64,000 nt of DNA from Candidatus Freyarchaeum deiterrae. Lineage in GTDB: Archaea > Asgardarchaeota > Jordiarchaeia > Jordiarchaeales > Jordiarchaeaceae. The notes under the pieces are model-generated. The model searched no databases and was not told where the DNA came from. It worked only from the letters and a program-made list of their open reading frames with translations. Every line of letters begins with the position of its first letter. Positions within the stretch are counted from its first letter, which is position 1. The stretch spans positions 288,001 through 352,000 of the forward strand of contig CP147778.1 in assembly GCA_037305845.1 (NCBI GenBank), given 5' to 3'. The position numbers and the translations under genes are program-made. Positions 18,862-28,174 of this stretch are shown here, piece by piece.

Positions 18862-21246
18862 TTACATTGAGTGTTCTGTTCGTGCGATTATTTCCTCCTG
18901 GATAGCTTTTCCAAGGGTTACAAAGTATGCGCTGTATCCCGTAACTCTTACCAGTAGGTTCAGATACTTCTCAGGATTCTTCTGAGCCTCCCTGAGAGTG
19001 GCGGTATCGATCACATTGGTCATCAGGGCGGTTCCGCCTAGAATGTCGAAGGCTTTGAGTAAGGATGCTAGTTTTTTTAGATGCTCTTTATCTCTTAGCG
19101 ATGAGGGGCTGAGTTGAATTACACAGGAAGCACCGTTAGGTGTTACGTCGAATCCCAGTTTAGCCACAGATTTCAAAGACGCAGTGGGACCAGTTTTGTC
19201 TCTGCCCTGAACCGGCTGCACACCGTTAGACAGATAGGTTCCGCGTGCTCTACCATCTGGGGTGGAAGCGGTTTTCGGGGCCCAGTCGATGAAGTAGTTC
19301 CACGAAAGATATCCTGCGCGGAAACGTCTACCACTGACGGGGGTTTTATACTTGAAAACCTCCTCGGACCAGAAGCGGGAAATATCCCTTCCTATCAGGT
19401 CTGCATAGTCTTCGTCGTTTCCAAATTTGGGAGCATCGTTAATCAGCATCTGGCGCAGCTTATCATTTCCCATGAAGTCGGTTTTTATTGCCTGGATAAG
19501 TTCTTGCATAGTAATCTTCTTATCCTCGTAAACCAGTTTCTTAACTGCTACCAGAGAATCAGTTGCAGTAGCTATGCCCACTCCCTCAACTGTGGTAAAG
19601 TTATATTTTGGACCCCCAGCGTTCACGTCTTTACCTTTCTTTATGCAGTCACCCACTATGGCTGACAGGTACGGCACTCCCTCATAGGTGGCTCTTAGGG
19701 TGTCGAAATCCATATTCAGCTCAATGAGAAGCCTTAGGCAGTTTTTGAGTTGGATTTTGTAAGCGGTTAGAAACTCGTCGAACGTTTTGAAACTCGTTGG
19801 GTCGCCGGTTTCTGGACCGAGCTGTTCCCCGGTTAGCATGTCTTTTCCGTTATTCAAAACGAGTTCAATGGGCTTAGCCAAGTTAATGTTAACGTCGACT
19901 GTTCCCGAGCGGTCGTTTCCCTGAGAAGTGTTTTCAAGGCAGCCCACCACTCCGTAGTCTAAAGCCTCCTTGTGAGATACGCCCTCCCATTCTAGGGCTT
20001 TTACGCTGATGCTGTCGAAGTTTAGTAGTGAAGGGGAACCACCTTTACACCTGTTTATTGATTCGACGAGTCTCATGAGGAAGTCGTCCGGTGTATCCTT
20101 GTGGATTCTGATATTAGTCTTCGGCTCTAAAAGGTTCATTTCCTCGATGACGTCTACTAGCAGCCATGACAAATCGTTGGTTGCGTCCTTTCCATTCGAA
20201 CCCAGGCCGCTGATGGTCATGAGCTGACCGTAACCGGAAGTTATGCCCTGTCTTCCCAGACGCAGTCCGAAGTAGTCGTAGGCGTAGTTGTGTTTTATCC
20301 AGAAGCACTCCAGAATCTCCTTAGCCTGATCACGCGTAAGTTTTCCTTCCTTAATGTCCTTATCGTAATATGGGAAAGTGTACTGGTCGAATCTGCCGTG
20401 TGAAAGCCCCGCACCGATATAGGACTCTGCCACACTGCATAACATGTGTGTTAACCACACCCCCTGCACCGCCTCCCAGAAGCTTCCCGCCGGATTCCAT
20501 GGAACCCTATCACAGATTCCAGCCATCTCGAGGAGTTCCCCCTTTCTCTTATCATCATTCTCCATTTCAGCCAATTTACTGGCTTCTTCCGCATACCTGT
20601 GGGTAAACTCCTTTACTGCTTCGCAGCAGATTATAATCGCTCTCAGAAAGTCTTTCTTTTCCTGCTCTACCGCTCTCTCTAACTCCTTCTCCGCCTCTTC
20701 CTTAATACCCTTAAACCCTATCCTGAGTGGTTTGGGATAATCGGGAACAAGGTGACCGGGGATTGGTCCGGTGGTTCCTATACCCAAATCTATGAAGTGT
20801 CTCATTCTCTTCAAGTAGCCGGCGTCTCTCGCCTTCCAATCTGCGGCTTCGGCTTGGTTCAGGCACAGTGACATTGCAACCGAGGAATGGGCTCCTGCGA
20901 TGAGGTCGCCTTCAAGGATTTGGACGGGGATGAGTTTCAAGACGTTCTGGAAGAATAGTGCTTGACGCACAATCTGGGGCTCGTCCCAAAATCCTTCAGG
21001 CAAATCTATTTTCACAGCCATAGCGTTAAACGAATCCTCCACAGCGTTACCGTAAACCAGAAGCTCCGGAGCACTGGCAAAGTTGTGCTGAATCCAAGTA
21101 GTATCCCAAGCAGTACCAGTAGTGTAGGGAATCGCCTCGTTTCTGAAGTAGTCGCGTTTCTCAAAGTCCCAATACTCGTCTCTCAGACGCTTAACCCTAG
21201 CAGATAACTTCTTAGAAGGACTCCAAATTTCAGTTTCCTTTAACAC
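18862..21246 (-). CDS. Glycyl radical enzyme (PFL2/glycerol dehydratase-like superfamily, substrate unknown)
   Basis: GRFDQY; Cys loop VGCLE with a single Cys; Gly loop RVTGYSAYF. Confidence 0.93.
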   Translation of the reverse strand: MLKETEIWSPSKKLSARVKRLRDEYWDFEKRDYFRNEAIPYTTGTAWDTTWIQHNFASAPELLVYGNAVEDSFNAMAVKIDLPEGFWDEPQIVRQALFFQNVLKLIPVQILEGDLIAGAHSSVAMSLCLNQAEAADWKARDAGYLKRMRHFIDLGIGTTGPIPGHLVPDYPKPLRIGFKGIKEEAEKELERAVEQEKKDFLRAIIICCEAVKEFTHRYAEEASKLAEMENDDKRKGELLEMAGICDRVPWNPAGSFWEAVQGVWLTHMLCSVAESYIGAGLSHGRFDQYTFPYYDKDIKEGKLTRDQAKEILECFWIKHNYAYDYFGLRLGRQGITSGYGQLMTISGLGSNGKDATNDLSWLLVDVIEEMNLLEPKTNIRIHKDTPDDFLMRLVESINRCKGGSPSLLNFDSISVKALEWEGVSHKEALDYGVVGCLENTSQGNDRSGTVDVNINLAKPIELVLNNGKDMLTGEQLGPETGDPTSFKTFDEFLTAYKIQLKNCLRLLIELNMDFDTLRATYEGVPYLSAIVGDCIKKGKDVNAGGPKYNFTTVEGVGIATATDSLVAVKKLVYEDKKITMQELIQAIKTDFMGNDKLRQMLINDAPKFGNDEDYADLIGRDISRFWSEEVFKYKTPVSGRRFRAGYLSWNYFIDWAPKTASTPDGRARGTYLSNGVQPVQGRDKTGPTASLKSVAKLGFDVTPNGASCVIQLSPSSLRDKEHLKKLASLLKAFDILGGTALMTNVIDTATLREAQKNPEKYLNLLVRVTGYSAYFVTLGKAIQEEIIARTEHSM

Positions 21247-21433
21247 AAAAAACCTCCTTATTATAGACTAATACTTTCCACCATTAAAAAGTTTATACCC
21301 CTTTTATAGAATTATTCAAAAAAATCAAAGAAAGAGTGGAAAAATATTTAGAGCAAAATTTTTCCCGAAAAAAGAAAGGAATGATGAAATCGTGGATTAG
21401 CTTCAGCAGACCTATTTTGGGAAATATTACCCT

Positions 21434-23362
21434 CTAGATTTTATTTGCGATTTCTGCTGCGCCGTGTACAGCTTCCATTATTCTTCCGGGTTTAACTGCG
21501 TCGCCTATTGCGTAGATTTCTTGGACTTTTTCCTCTGAACTCTCAAGGAGACCTGTATTCGGTACTGTACCTAGAGCAACAACCACGGTATCCGCTTTTT
21601 CTAGAATTCTCTGTCCCTCTTTTTCATAAACTGCTCCTTCACGGGTGACCTCGACCACTTTTGCAGAGGTTATAATTTTTCCACCAAAGCTTGTAAATTT
21701 TTGTCTAATGTAATGATTGAAAGAGGGGATCATCGCGGTAGCCACTCTCTTCATCTGCTCGAGTATGGTAACCTTTTTGCCCTTCTCAGCAAGGTGATAG
21801 CCGGTTTCCATGCCGATTTCGCCTCCACCAAGAATAACCACAGTTTTACCCACAACTGCTTTCCCCGCTAAAACATCCGTGGCGAGGACCACGTTACTTC
21901 CGTTGATTCCCGAAATCTTAGGAAGCGCTGTACTAGAACCAGTTGCGATGCACACCACGTCTGGTGCTAGGTCATCAATCATGGATGTGCTGATTTCCTC
22001 TCCTAAATGAACATCGACTCCCAGCCTTTTAAGCTCGTGTTCAAAATAGGGAACTATTCTTTTCAACTCATACTTGTAGGAGGGAACCGAAGCCAGTAAG
22101 ACTTGTCCTCCAAGCTCATTGTTTTTCTCATATAGCGAGACTTTATGTCCCCTCAACGCTGCTACTCTCGCGAATTCCATTCCTCCAACCCCGCCGCCAA
22201 TCACTAGAACCTTTTTGGGTTCTTTGGTAGGTTGAATTCGGAATTCTTCCTCTTTTCCCACCGCTGCATTTAGAATACAGGTAACGGATTTGAGGAACAT
22301 GAGATTGTTCATACATCCTTCGTTACAAGCTATGCAGGGCCTTATCTCCTCAAGCCTGTCCTCCATAGCCTTCCTCGGAAGTTCGGGATCAGTTATCAAA
22401 GCTCTACCCATTGAAACTAGGTCAGCCTGTCTCTTCTTCACTATTTCCTCGGCGAGTTTTACATCGTTTATTCTGCCAACCGCGATAACCGGAATACTTA
22501 CGACCTTTTTTATTCCCTGTGCTAGGGGTACCATGAATTCTCTGGGAATCCACATGGGTGCTGATGACTCCCCATTCTCCGAGTCGAAGATTCCCCCTGA
22601 AACGTGAATGGCGTCAACTCCTGCTTCCTCAGCCATCTCAGCGATTCTCTTAGCCTCAGGCAGAGTTATGCCGCCCTCAAAGTAGTCGTCTCCATTCATT
22701 CTACAAATGATGGGAAACTCTTCGCCTACCTTATCCCCAATTTTCTGAATTATCTCAAGTAGGAATCTCGTTCTACCCTCGAAATCTCTACCGTACCGGT
22801 CTTCCCTGAGATTAGTGAGTGGGGACAGGAACTGATTTATCAGATAACCGTGAGCTGCGTGTATCTCTACGGCGTCGAATCCCGCATCCTTAATCCTTCT
22901 GGCTGCCTCACTGAAAGCCTCAACGGTTTCCTTTATTTCCTCAATTTTTAGAGGACGAGGCGTTTCTTTAACTAGCTGGCAGGGAACATTGGAAGCAGAA
23001 ACGGGCTGTGTTCCAATAATCATAGAGGAAACCTGTCTTCCCGCATGAAATAGTTGTATCGCCGCCTTAGCTCCCTCGGCCTGAATAGCTTTTGCGAGTT
23101 TTCTCAAACCAGGAATCTTATCATCGTTAGCGAGACTAATCATCAGGTTCGAACCTTTTCCAATGGAAGTTACATAAGACCCCTCAACAATAACCAGACC
23201 TACTCCACCTCGAGCGCGCTCCCTATAATAATCTATGGCGCGCTGAGTTACCGAACCATCCTCAGCCGCAAAATTAGTACCCATAGGCGGCATTACCAGC
23301 CTGTTCCTAAGCTCCACATTTCCTATATTAACGGGTTCAAACAACTTGACCATTACACACAC
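21434..23362 (-). CDS. NADH:flavin oxidoreductase, old yellow enzyme family with Fe-S/FAD domain (2,4-dienoyl-CoA/enoate reductase-like)
   Basis: LRNRLVMPPM, EIHAAHGYL, CIACNEGC, VIGGGVGG. Confidence 0.92.
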   Translation of the reverse strand: MCVMVKLFEPVNIGNVELRNRLVMPPMGTNFAAEDGSVTQRAIDYYRERARGGVGLVIVEGSYVTSIGKGSNLMISLANDDKIPGLRKLAKAIQAEGAKAAIQLFHAGRQVSSMIIGTQPVSASNVPCQLVKETPRPLKIEEIKETVEAFSEAARRIKDAGFDAVEIHAAHGYLINQFLSPLTNLREDRYGRDFEGRTRFLLEIIQKIGDKVGEEFPIICRMNGDDYFEGGITLPEAKRIAEMAEEAGVDAIHVSGGIFDSENGESSAPMWIPREFMVPLAQGIKKVVSIPVIAVGRINDVKLAEEIVKKRQADLVSMGRALITDPELPRKAMEDRLEEIRPCIACNEGCMNNLMFLKSVTCILNAAVGKEEEFRIQPTKEPKKVLVIGGGVGGMEFARVAALRGHKVSLYEKNNELGGQVLLASVPSYKYELKRIVPYFEHELKRLGVDVHLGEEISTSMIDDLAPDVVCIATGSSTALPKISGINGSNVVLATDVLAGKAVVGKTVVILGGGEIGMETGYHLAEKGKKVTILEQMKRVATAMIPSFNHYIRQKFTSFGGKIITSAKVVEVTREGAVYEKEGQRILEKADTVVVALGTVPNTGLLESSEEKVQEIYAIGDAVKPGRIMEAVHGAAEIANKI

Positions 23363-23726
23363 ACCACTTTATAAAATTAAAATACGAATACTATACTTTT
23401 TAACGAATCAGAAGGAAAATCCGACTATACCAACTTCTCTCTCCAACACTATATTCTTCCGTATATATTCTTTATGCTATATTCTAGTACTACTTCGGAA
23501 ACTTAGTTTTATTTGGGGATGTCGCTCTTTTTTAATTTATGAAGAAAACAACGAATCAGATGAGAGCCGCCCTCCTTTAAGACAACTCATACCAACCAAG
23601 AAAAGCCCAAAAACAAGTTTCCGAAATATTATATATAGACAAAAAAGTTCATATATAAAATAGTAGGTATATTCCTCAAAAATTGTAGCGGGTTTATCAT
23701 TAATTTTAAAAAGAGGGAGACGAAAT

Positions 23727-24533
23727 ATGGAAGATCCAAAAATTGAGATTTACGACATTATGGCATGCAATGTGTATGTAGATTATGTATTCGCTAAAGT
23801 AAAAGAGCAGCACAAGTTTCTTATCGCCTTCTTACCAGTAAAAGATGCATTCCTACCGGATTACATCGATAAGATAACAGCCTACGGTCCTGACGGCTAT
23901 GAAGTAGAATTTAAAAATCAGGAATATAACCTCAAAAACGTAAACGGCTATATAACTGACGCGGCGTTTAACTCCTGCTGGTACATGGTCAATCTTCCTA
24001 CCGGTTTTTTGAATGAAGGAGAGTACAAAATTGAGGTCGAGTGCAAAAATGGTGAAGTAAAAACAAAATCTCGATATCAGAAAAATGCTCCATCTGAGGC
24101 CCTAGTAGGGGCATATCTTGAAAACAAGGATGCTCTTTACAAGTCGTATTACCCGTCGACAACGAATAAGATACCAAAGGGCACCCCGTTAAAGAACCTT
24201 AAGGTTAAATTTTCAACTCTTAAAGAGCTTGCTGATCTCGATGCATATTACATCTACCGTGTTTCTTTAGGTAAAACACCACTTGAGTTCAACATACAGA
24301 AGCTTGTATGGTGGGACAACGTATTCGTTGAAAGATATGTAAATGCGAAAGCTGGACTTAACAAAGGCGAAAATGTTATCAAGAAGGAGCTTAAGCCAAA
24401 CACAAGCTACGCATACTTTGTGGAGACAACTGACAGCAACGCTATGGGTGAAACAAATATCTGTGTTTTCCAACCACACCAGATATTTACTACACCGCCT
24501 GCTCAGCAGGTAGTTACCACACCAGGCGTTTAA
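23727..24533 (+). CDS. Hypothetical protein (268 aa, beta-rich, aromatic-rich)
   Basis: SD GAGGGAG upstream; long ORF; no recognisable motif. Confidence 0.75.
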   Translation: MEDPKIEIYDIMACNVYVDYVFAKVKEQHKFLIAFLPVKDAFLPDYIDKITAYGPDGYEVEFKNQEYNLKNVNGYITDAAFNSCWYMVNLPTGFLNEGEYKIEVECKNGEVKTKSRYQKNAPSEALVGAYLENKDALYKSYYPSTTNKIPKGTPLKNLKVKFSTLKELADLDAYYIYRVSLGKTPLEFNIQKLVWWDNVFVERYVNAKAGLNKGENVIKKELKPNTSYAYFVETTDSNAMGETNICVFQPHQIFTTPPAQQVVTTPGV

Positions 24534-24760
24534 TGCACCATCTAAAAGGTATGGATAATATTTAATTTTCTATTCTCTTTTTTTACATTTTTCTAGTATT
24601 TTACTTAGGAATCAGATATTGAAATTTAGCTTCTACTAAAACTAGTGTACGTAAATATGGTAAATATGTAAAAGTTCGTGGAATTTAACTTGAATTTGGA
24701 TATCTAAACAAATTTCGCCGCATAAGGCTCAATGTAAGCTAGATTCCTGTTTAAAACTTC

Positions 24761-25034
24761 TCATGGTAATTCCATTACTATGTCTTCTTGGCTCAGCCTC
24801 TCTTTGCAACTCGGACAGTATCCCTTCACTTTAATCCACTCCAGCAAATGGTCCCTGTGACTCAGGACACCGCAACGGGGACACTTGACGATTGCTTCTC
24901 CCGAAGAGATGCTTTCACTACACACGGAACCCTCGTTAGTAGACTTACCGCAATGTGGACAGAACCGGGCACCACTTGAAGCCTGGATGCCTCAGTAAAC
25001 ACAACACCCCAATTTGGGCCTTTTTCCTACTCAT
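24761..25034 (-). pseudogene. Decayed zinc-ribbon + RING-like zinc finger gene
   Basis: Hand translation: MSRKKAQIG[frameshift in G4]CCVY*GIQASSGARFCPHCGK...SVC...VKCPRCGVLSHRDHLLEWIKVKGYCPSCKERLSQEDIVMELP*; in-frame TGA at 24992-24994; closely matches the C-terminus of 57941..63013. Confidence 0.85.
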
Positions 25035-25149
25035 CTTTCAACCCTCGGTATGGGTAATTCCTCATTCTGTTAATTATTCTTTTTTGATAAATGCAAAAAA
25101 CAACGAAGGGATGAATAATTTTTCCCGATTGAAAAGTATCCAAAGAAAT

Positions 25150-27090
25150 TCAACGGAAAACTTCTTCATCGCCAACCTGAAGCGATTCATTATAGAAATA
25201 GTCTGCAAAAATTGCATACATCGGTTTATTCCACAGTCTAAGATATTTTTTTACTATTTTTCCTTGTAGAATTACTTTATCACCTTTCCTGATATAACGT
25301 GTTGGGACAGAGTGAACTAGGATTTCATCAGGAATTCCTACAATTCCTATATTTTCCTCTAACTTCATTACAAAATAATTTTCAATAAAAGGCGTGTAAA
25401 CGTCTCCACTAGCATTCACTCTTGATTTTCTTGTTATTGAACCTCGAATCGTACCTTCATACAATACTTGTTTTTTTCCCTTTAATTCCTCATCGCCGAT
25501 CTGAAGTGAATCATTATAGAAATGGTCTGCAAAAATTATATACAAGGGCCTACTCAATTGCCTGAAATTCCCTTTAAGTATTTTTCCTTGCAAAATTACT
25601 TTATCTCCTATCCAGAAATAACCAAACTTGGAAGTGAAAACCAGAACTTCATTAGGAATTCCTTCAAAGCCTTCTTCTAATTTCATAGCAAAACAAACTT
25701 TAGAAAAGACATAACGAGCGTAAGGGTTTGGACTGGAAATGAAAGGGCTTGTAATATTCATATTTGAATTTGAGGCTACCAACATTTTACTTCGAATTAG
25801 TCTTGATTCTCCCGTTACTGAACCTCGAATCGTAGCTTCATATAGCACGTGAAGTGCTCCCATTTGCACGCCCAGCGGCGTGGGTTTTATCGGTGGTTCT
25901 TTTCCAGTCTCTTCCGCCTCCTCAACAACTGCGTCTCTCAAAGATATGCTTTCACCACTTAAGGAACTCGGGTCAACAAGCTCACCGCAATGCGGACAAT
26001 ACAGAGCTCCACTTGGAGCCTGAGTGCCGCAGGAAACACACTGCGACCTTTTGGAAGTTAGTGGTTTAGCACCAAGCGATTCATGGTGTATATTATATGC
26101 TGCACCCATCGCTACTGATGCGGCTATCCGTACATCGCCATATCTGTCATGCGATAATTGTTGTAGGAATTCCCACGCCTGTTCCCTGTTTCTGTCCGGA
26201 AGGTGGGGAAATGCAGTACCCAAAGATTCTACTGCGCTGCTCCGTACAATGTTGTCTTCGTCCTGTGATAATTGTTGTAGGACTTCCCACGCCTCTTCCA
26301 TATTATTATTTGGGATGTAGGGAAATGCAGTACCCAAAGATTCTACTGCGCTGCTCCGTACAATGTTGTCTTCGTCCTGTGATAATTGTTGTAGGACTTC
26401 CCACGCCTGTTCCCTGTTTCTGTCCGGAAGGTGGGGAAATACAGTACCCAAAGATTCTGCTGCGCCTCTCCTTACATAGCTGTCTCCGTCCTGCGTTAGT
26501 AGATATAGGACGTCCCACGCCTGCTCCACATTATTATCCGATAGACGGGGAAATGCAGCACCCAAAGATTCTGCCGCGAACATCCGTACACTCCAGTCTT
26601 CGTCATGTGATAATCGTTGTAGGTCTTCCCACGCCTGCTCCACATTATTATCCGATAGACGGGGAAATGCAGCACCCAAAGATTCTACTGCGCTACTCCG
26701 TACTTCGCCGTCTCCGTCCTGCGTTAGTAGGTGTAGGACTTCCCACGCCTGCTCCACATTATTATCCGATAGACGGGGAAATGCAGCACCCAAAGATTCT
26801 GCTATGATTCTCCGTACTTCGATGTCTTCGTCCTGCGTTAGTAGGTGTAGGTCTTCCAAAGCCTGTTTCATGTCCATGTCACTGATGTATGGAAACGCGT
26901 TACGAAGCGATTCTGCTGCAGGTTTTCGTACACCGCGGTTTTCGTCTTGTGTTAGCTGATGTAGATCCTCCCAGGCTTGTGTCTTGTCGGGGAGGACTGC
27001 AAAATTATTGCGGAGTAACTCTACTGCCTCTCTGCGTTCCCCAGATTTGTTGCTTATTGATTTTCTGTGAATCTCTTGTTGATTCACCAA
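25150..27090 (-). CDS. HEAT-repeat protein (~8 x 39 aa) + double zinc ribbon + two tandem OB-fold-like C-terminal repeats
   Basis: Repeat AWEVLQQLSQDEDNIVRSSAVESLGTAFP; CVSCG...YCPHCG; two copies of VLYE.TIRGS.T...GDKVILQGKI...IFAD.FYN.SLQ.GDEE. Confidence 0.85.
   Translation of the reverse strand: MVNQQEIHRKSISNKSGERREAVELLRNNFAVLPDKTQAWEDLHQLTQDENRGVRKPAAESLRNAFPYISDMDMKQALEDLHLLTQDEDIEVRRIIAESLGAAFPRLSDNNVEQAWEVLHLLTQDGDGEVRSSAVESLGAAFPRLSDNNVEQAWEDLQRLSHDEDWSVRMFAAESLGAAFPRLSDNNVEQAWDVLYLLTQDGDSYVRRGAAESLGTVFPHLPDRNREQAWEVLQQLSQDEDNIVRSSAVESLGTAFPYIPNNNMEEAWEVLQQLSQDEDNIVRSSAVESLGTAFPHLPDRNREQAWEFLQQLSHDRYGDVRIAASVAMGAAYNIHHESLGAKPLTSKRSQCVSCGTQAPSGALYCPHCGELVDPSSLSGESISLRDAVVEEAEETGKEPPIKPTPLGVQMGALHVLYEATIRGSVTGESRLIRSKMLVASNSNMNITSPFISSPNPYARYVFSKVCFAMKLEEGFEGIPNEVLVFTSKFGYFWIGDKVILQGKILKGNFRQLSRPLYIIFADHFYNDSLQIGDEELKGKKQVLYEGTIRGSITRKSRVNASGDVYTPFIENYFVMKLEENIGIVGIPDEILVHSVPTRYIRKGDKVILQGKIVKKYLRLWNKPMYAIFADYFYNESLQVGDEEVFR
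26100..27040. repeat. 117-bp coding tandem repeats (HEAT units)
   Basis: Recurrent cccaaagattct...cttcccacgcctg units at about 117-bp spacing, several nearly identical. Confidence 0.85.
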
Positions 27091-27245
27091 ACCCCTTCAC
27101 CGATTATTTCAATGATGAATTAATCTTAAAATTGTTTCTATTCGTGTATTCGATAGCAATTTAATTTAGGAAAAAAAATACTTGAAAATGAGAAAGAAGG
27201 GTTCGTGGCGGAGGCAAAGAATAGTATACTCGCAAAATCCGCATT

Positions 27246-28064
27246 TCACACATTTTTCACTATTCCTACCGTGCTTGGTAAACCTTGATTTTCTCCAATT
27301 GCTTCCCTTAGTTCGTATGAGAATCTTAGGGCTTTTAATCCATTCATGGTGATTACATATTTACCTTGGGGTTTTTCTTGGGTAATGTAGCTTGCTTGAA
27401 TAAGATTATTTAAATGGAATTGCAGGTGTCCGCCCTTTATGCCGATCTGGCGTTCTAATTGGGCGAAATTCTTACCGCCCTTTCCTAGGTTTTTGAGAAT
27501 CTTTAGACGCGTTACGTTGGATAGTGGTGCCAGTAAACTGCATACCTCTTCCTCTTTAACTTCCTCAAAACCCGACCAGTTCTTAGGCGAGTAAGTATCT
27601 TTGGTAAACTTTTCGGACAATTCTTTTGAGTTTTCTATTAATTCCTCGAGAGTTTTGAATGCATTAATAGCATTTTTGAAGCATTTTTCATCGTGGCAGT
27701 CTACTTCATTATAATGTCTTGTTACCATGTCAACCCAGTATTTTACTTGTTCCGCTGCAGATGTCATTCCCTGTTCCATGAAAGCACGAATTACCATGTA
27801 AGTTGCTTTTTCAACTTGTCTGGTGCACCAATCTCTGATTTTGCACTCTGAAGGTCTCTCTTTTAGGAACTTGTCCATGTTTTCGTTTGTTTTCACAGTT
27901 AGTTGGGCTAAGCAGTTTTTTTCAACTTCTCTCAGGGTCACTGTTTCAAACGCAGTTTTCATGTATAAAATCAGGTCTTGTAAATTGGTGATGTTTTTAT
28001 TTATTTCTTCTAATCTCTCGTCGATTTCCGCGACTCGTTTCTCTTCACCGTTCATGTCGTTCAT
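27246..28064 (-). CDS. ArsR-family winged-helix regulator with Cys-containing N-terminal domain
   Basis: LAPLSNVTRLKILKNL...GGHLQFHLNNL...GKYVITMNG; divergent from the Fe-S operon. Confidence 0.8.
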   Translation of the reverse strand: MNDMNGEEKRVAEIDERLEEINKNITNLQDLILYMKTAFETVTLREVEKNCLAQLTVKTNENMDKFLKERPSECKIRDWCTRQVEKATYMVIRAFMEQGMTSAAEQVKYWVDMVTRHYNEVDCHDEKCFKNAINAFKTLEELIENSKELSEKFTKDTYSPKNWSGFEEVKEEEVCSLLAPLSNVTRLKILKNLGKGGKNFAQLERQIGIKGGHLQFHLNNLIQASYITQEKPQGKYVITMNGLKALRFSYELREAIGENQGLPSTVGIVKNV

Positions 28065-28174
28065 GCTCCTGTGCTATATTCGGGTATAGTACTATATAAA
28101 GCTATAGTAAATTCAATAAATTTATATATTAGATAAGAGAGTGTGAATTCAATTGTCTCAGTAGGTGGTCTTTT

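Noticed and set aside
18862-21246. Pyruvate formate-lyase or alkyl/benzylsuccinate synthase call
   Set aside because: It lacks the PFL Cys-Cys pair and there are no small accessory subunit genes; the substrate cannot be assigned from sequence by eye.
23346-23663. 105-aa ORF in the divergent intergenic region
   Set aside because: AT-rich promoter region, atypical composition, overlaps the OYE start, no SD.
24992-24994. In-frame TGA at a Cys position, considered as selenocysteine
   Set aside because: The same ORF also has a frameshift and an eroded CxxC, the site is a structural Zn ligand, and I saw no convincing SECIS-like hairpin; pseudogene decay is simpler.
26097-26807. 236-aa plus-strand repetitive ORF
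   Set aside because: Antisense shadow of the HEAT repeats.
26100-27040. Regularly spaced repeats considered as a CRISPR array
   Set aside because: The 117-bp period is in frame within a HEAT-repeat ORF, with no unique spacers and no cas genes.
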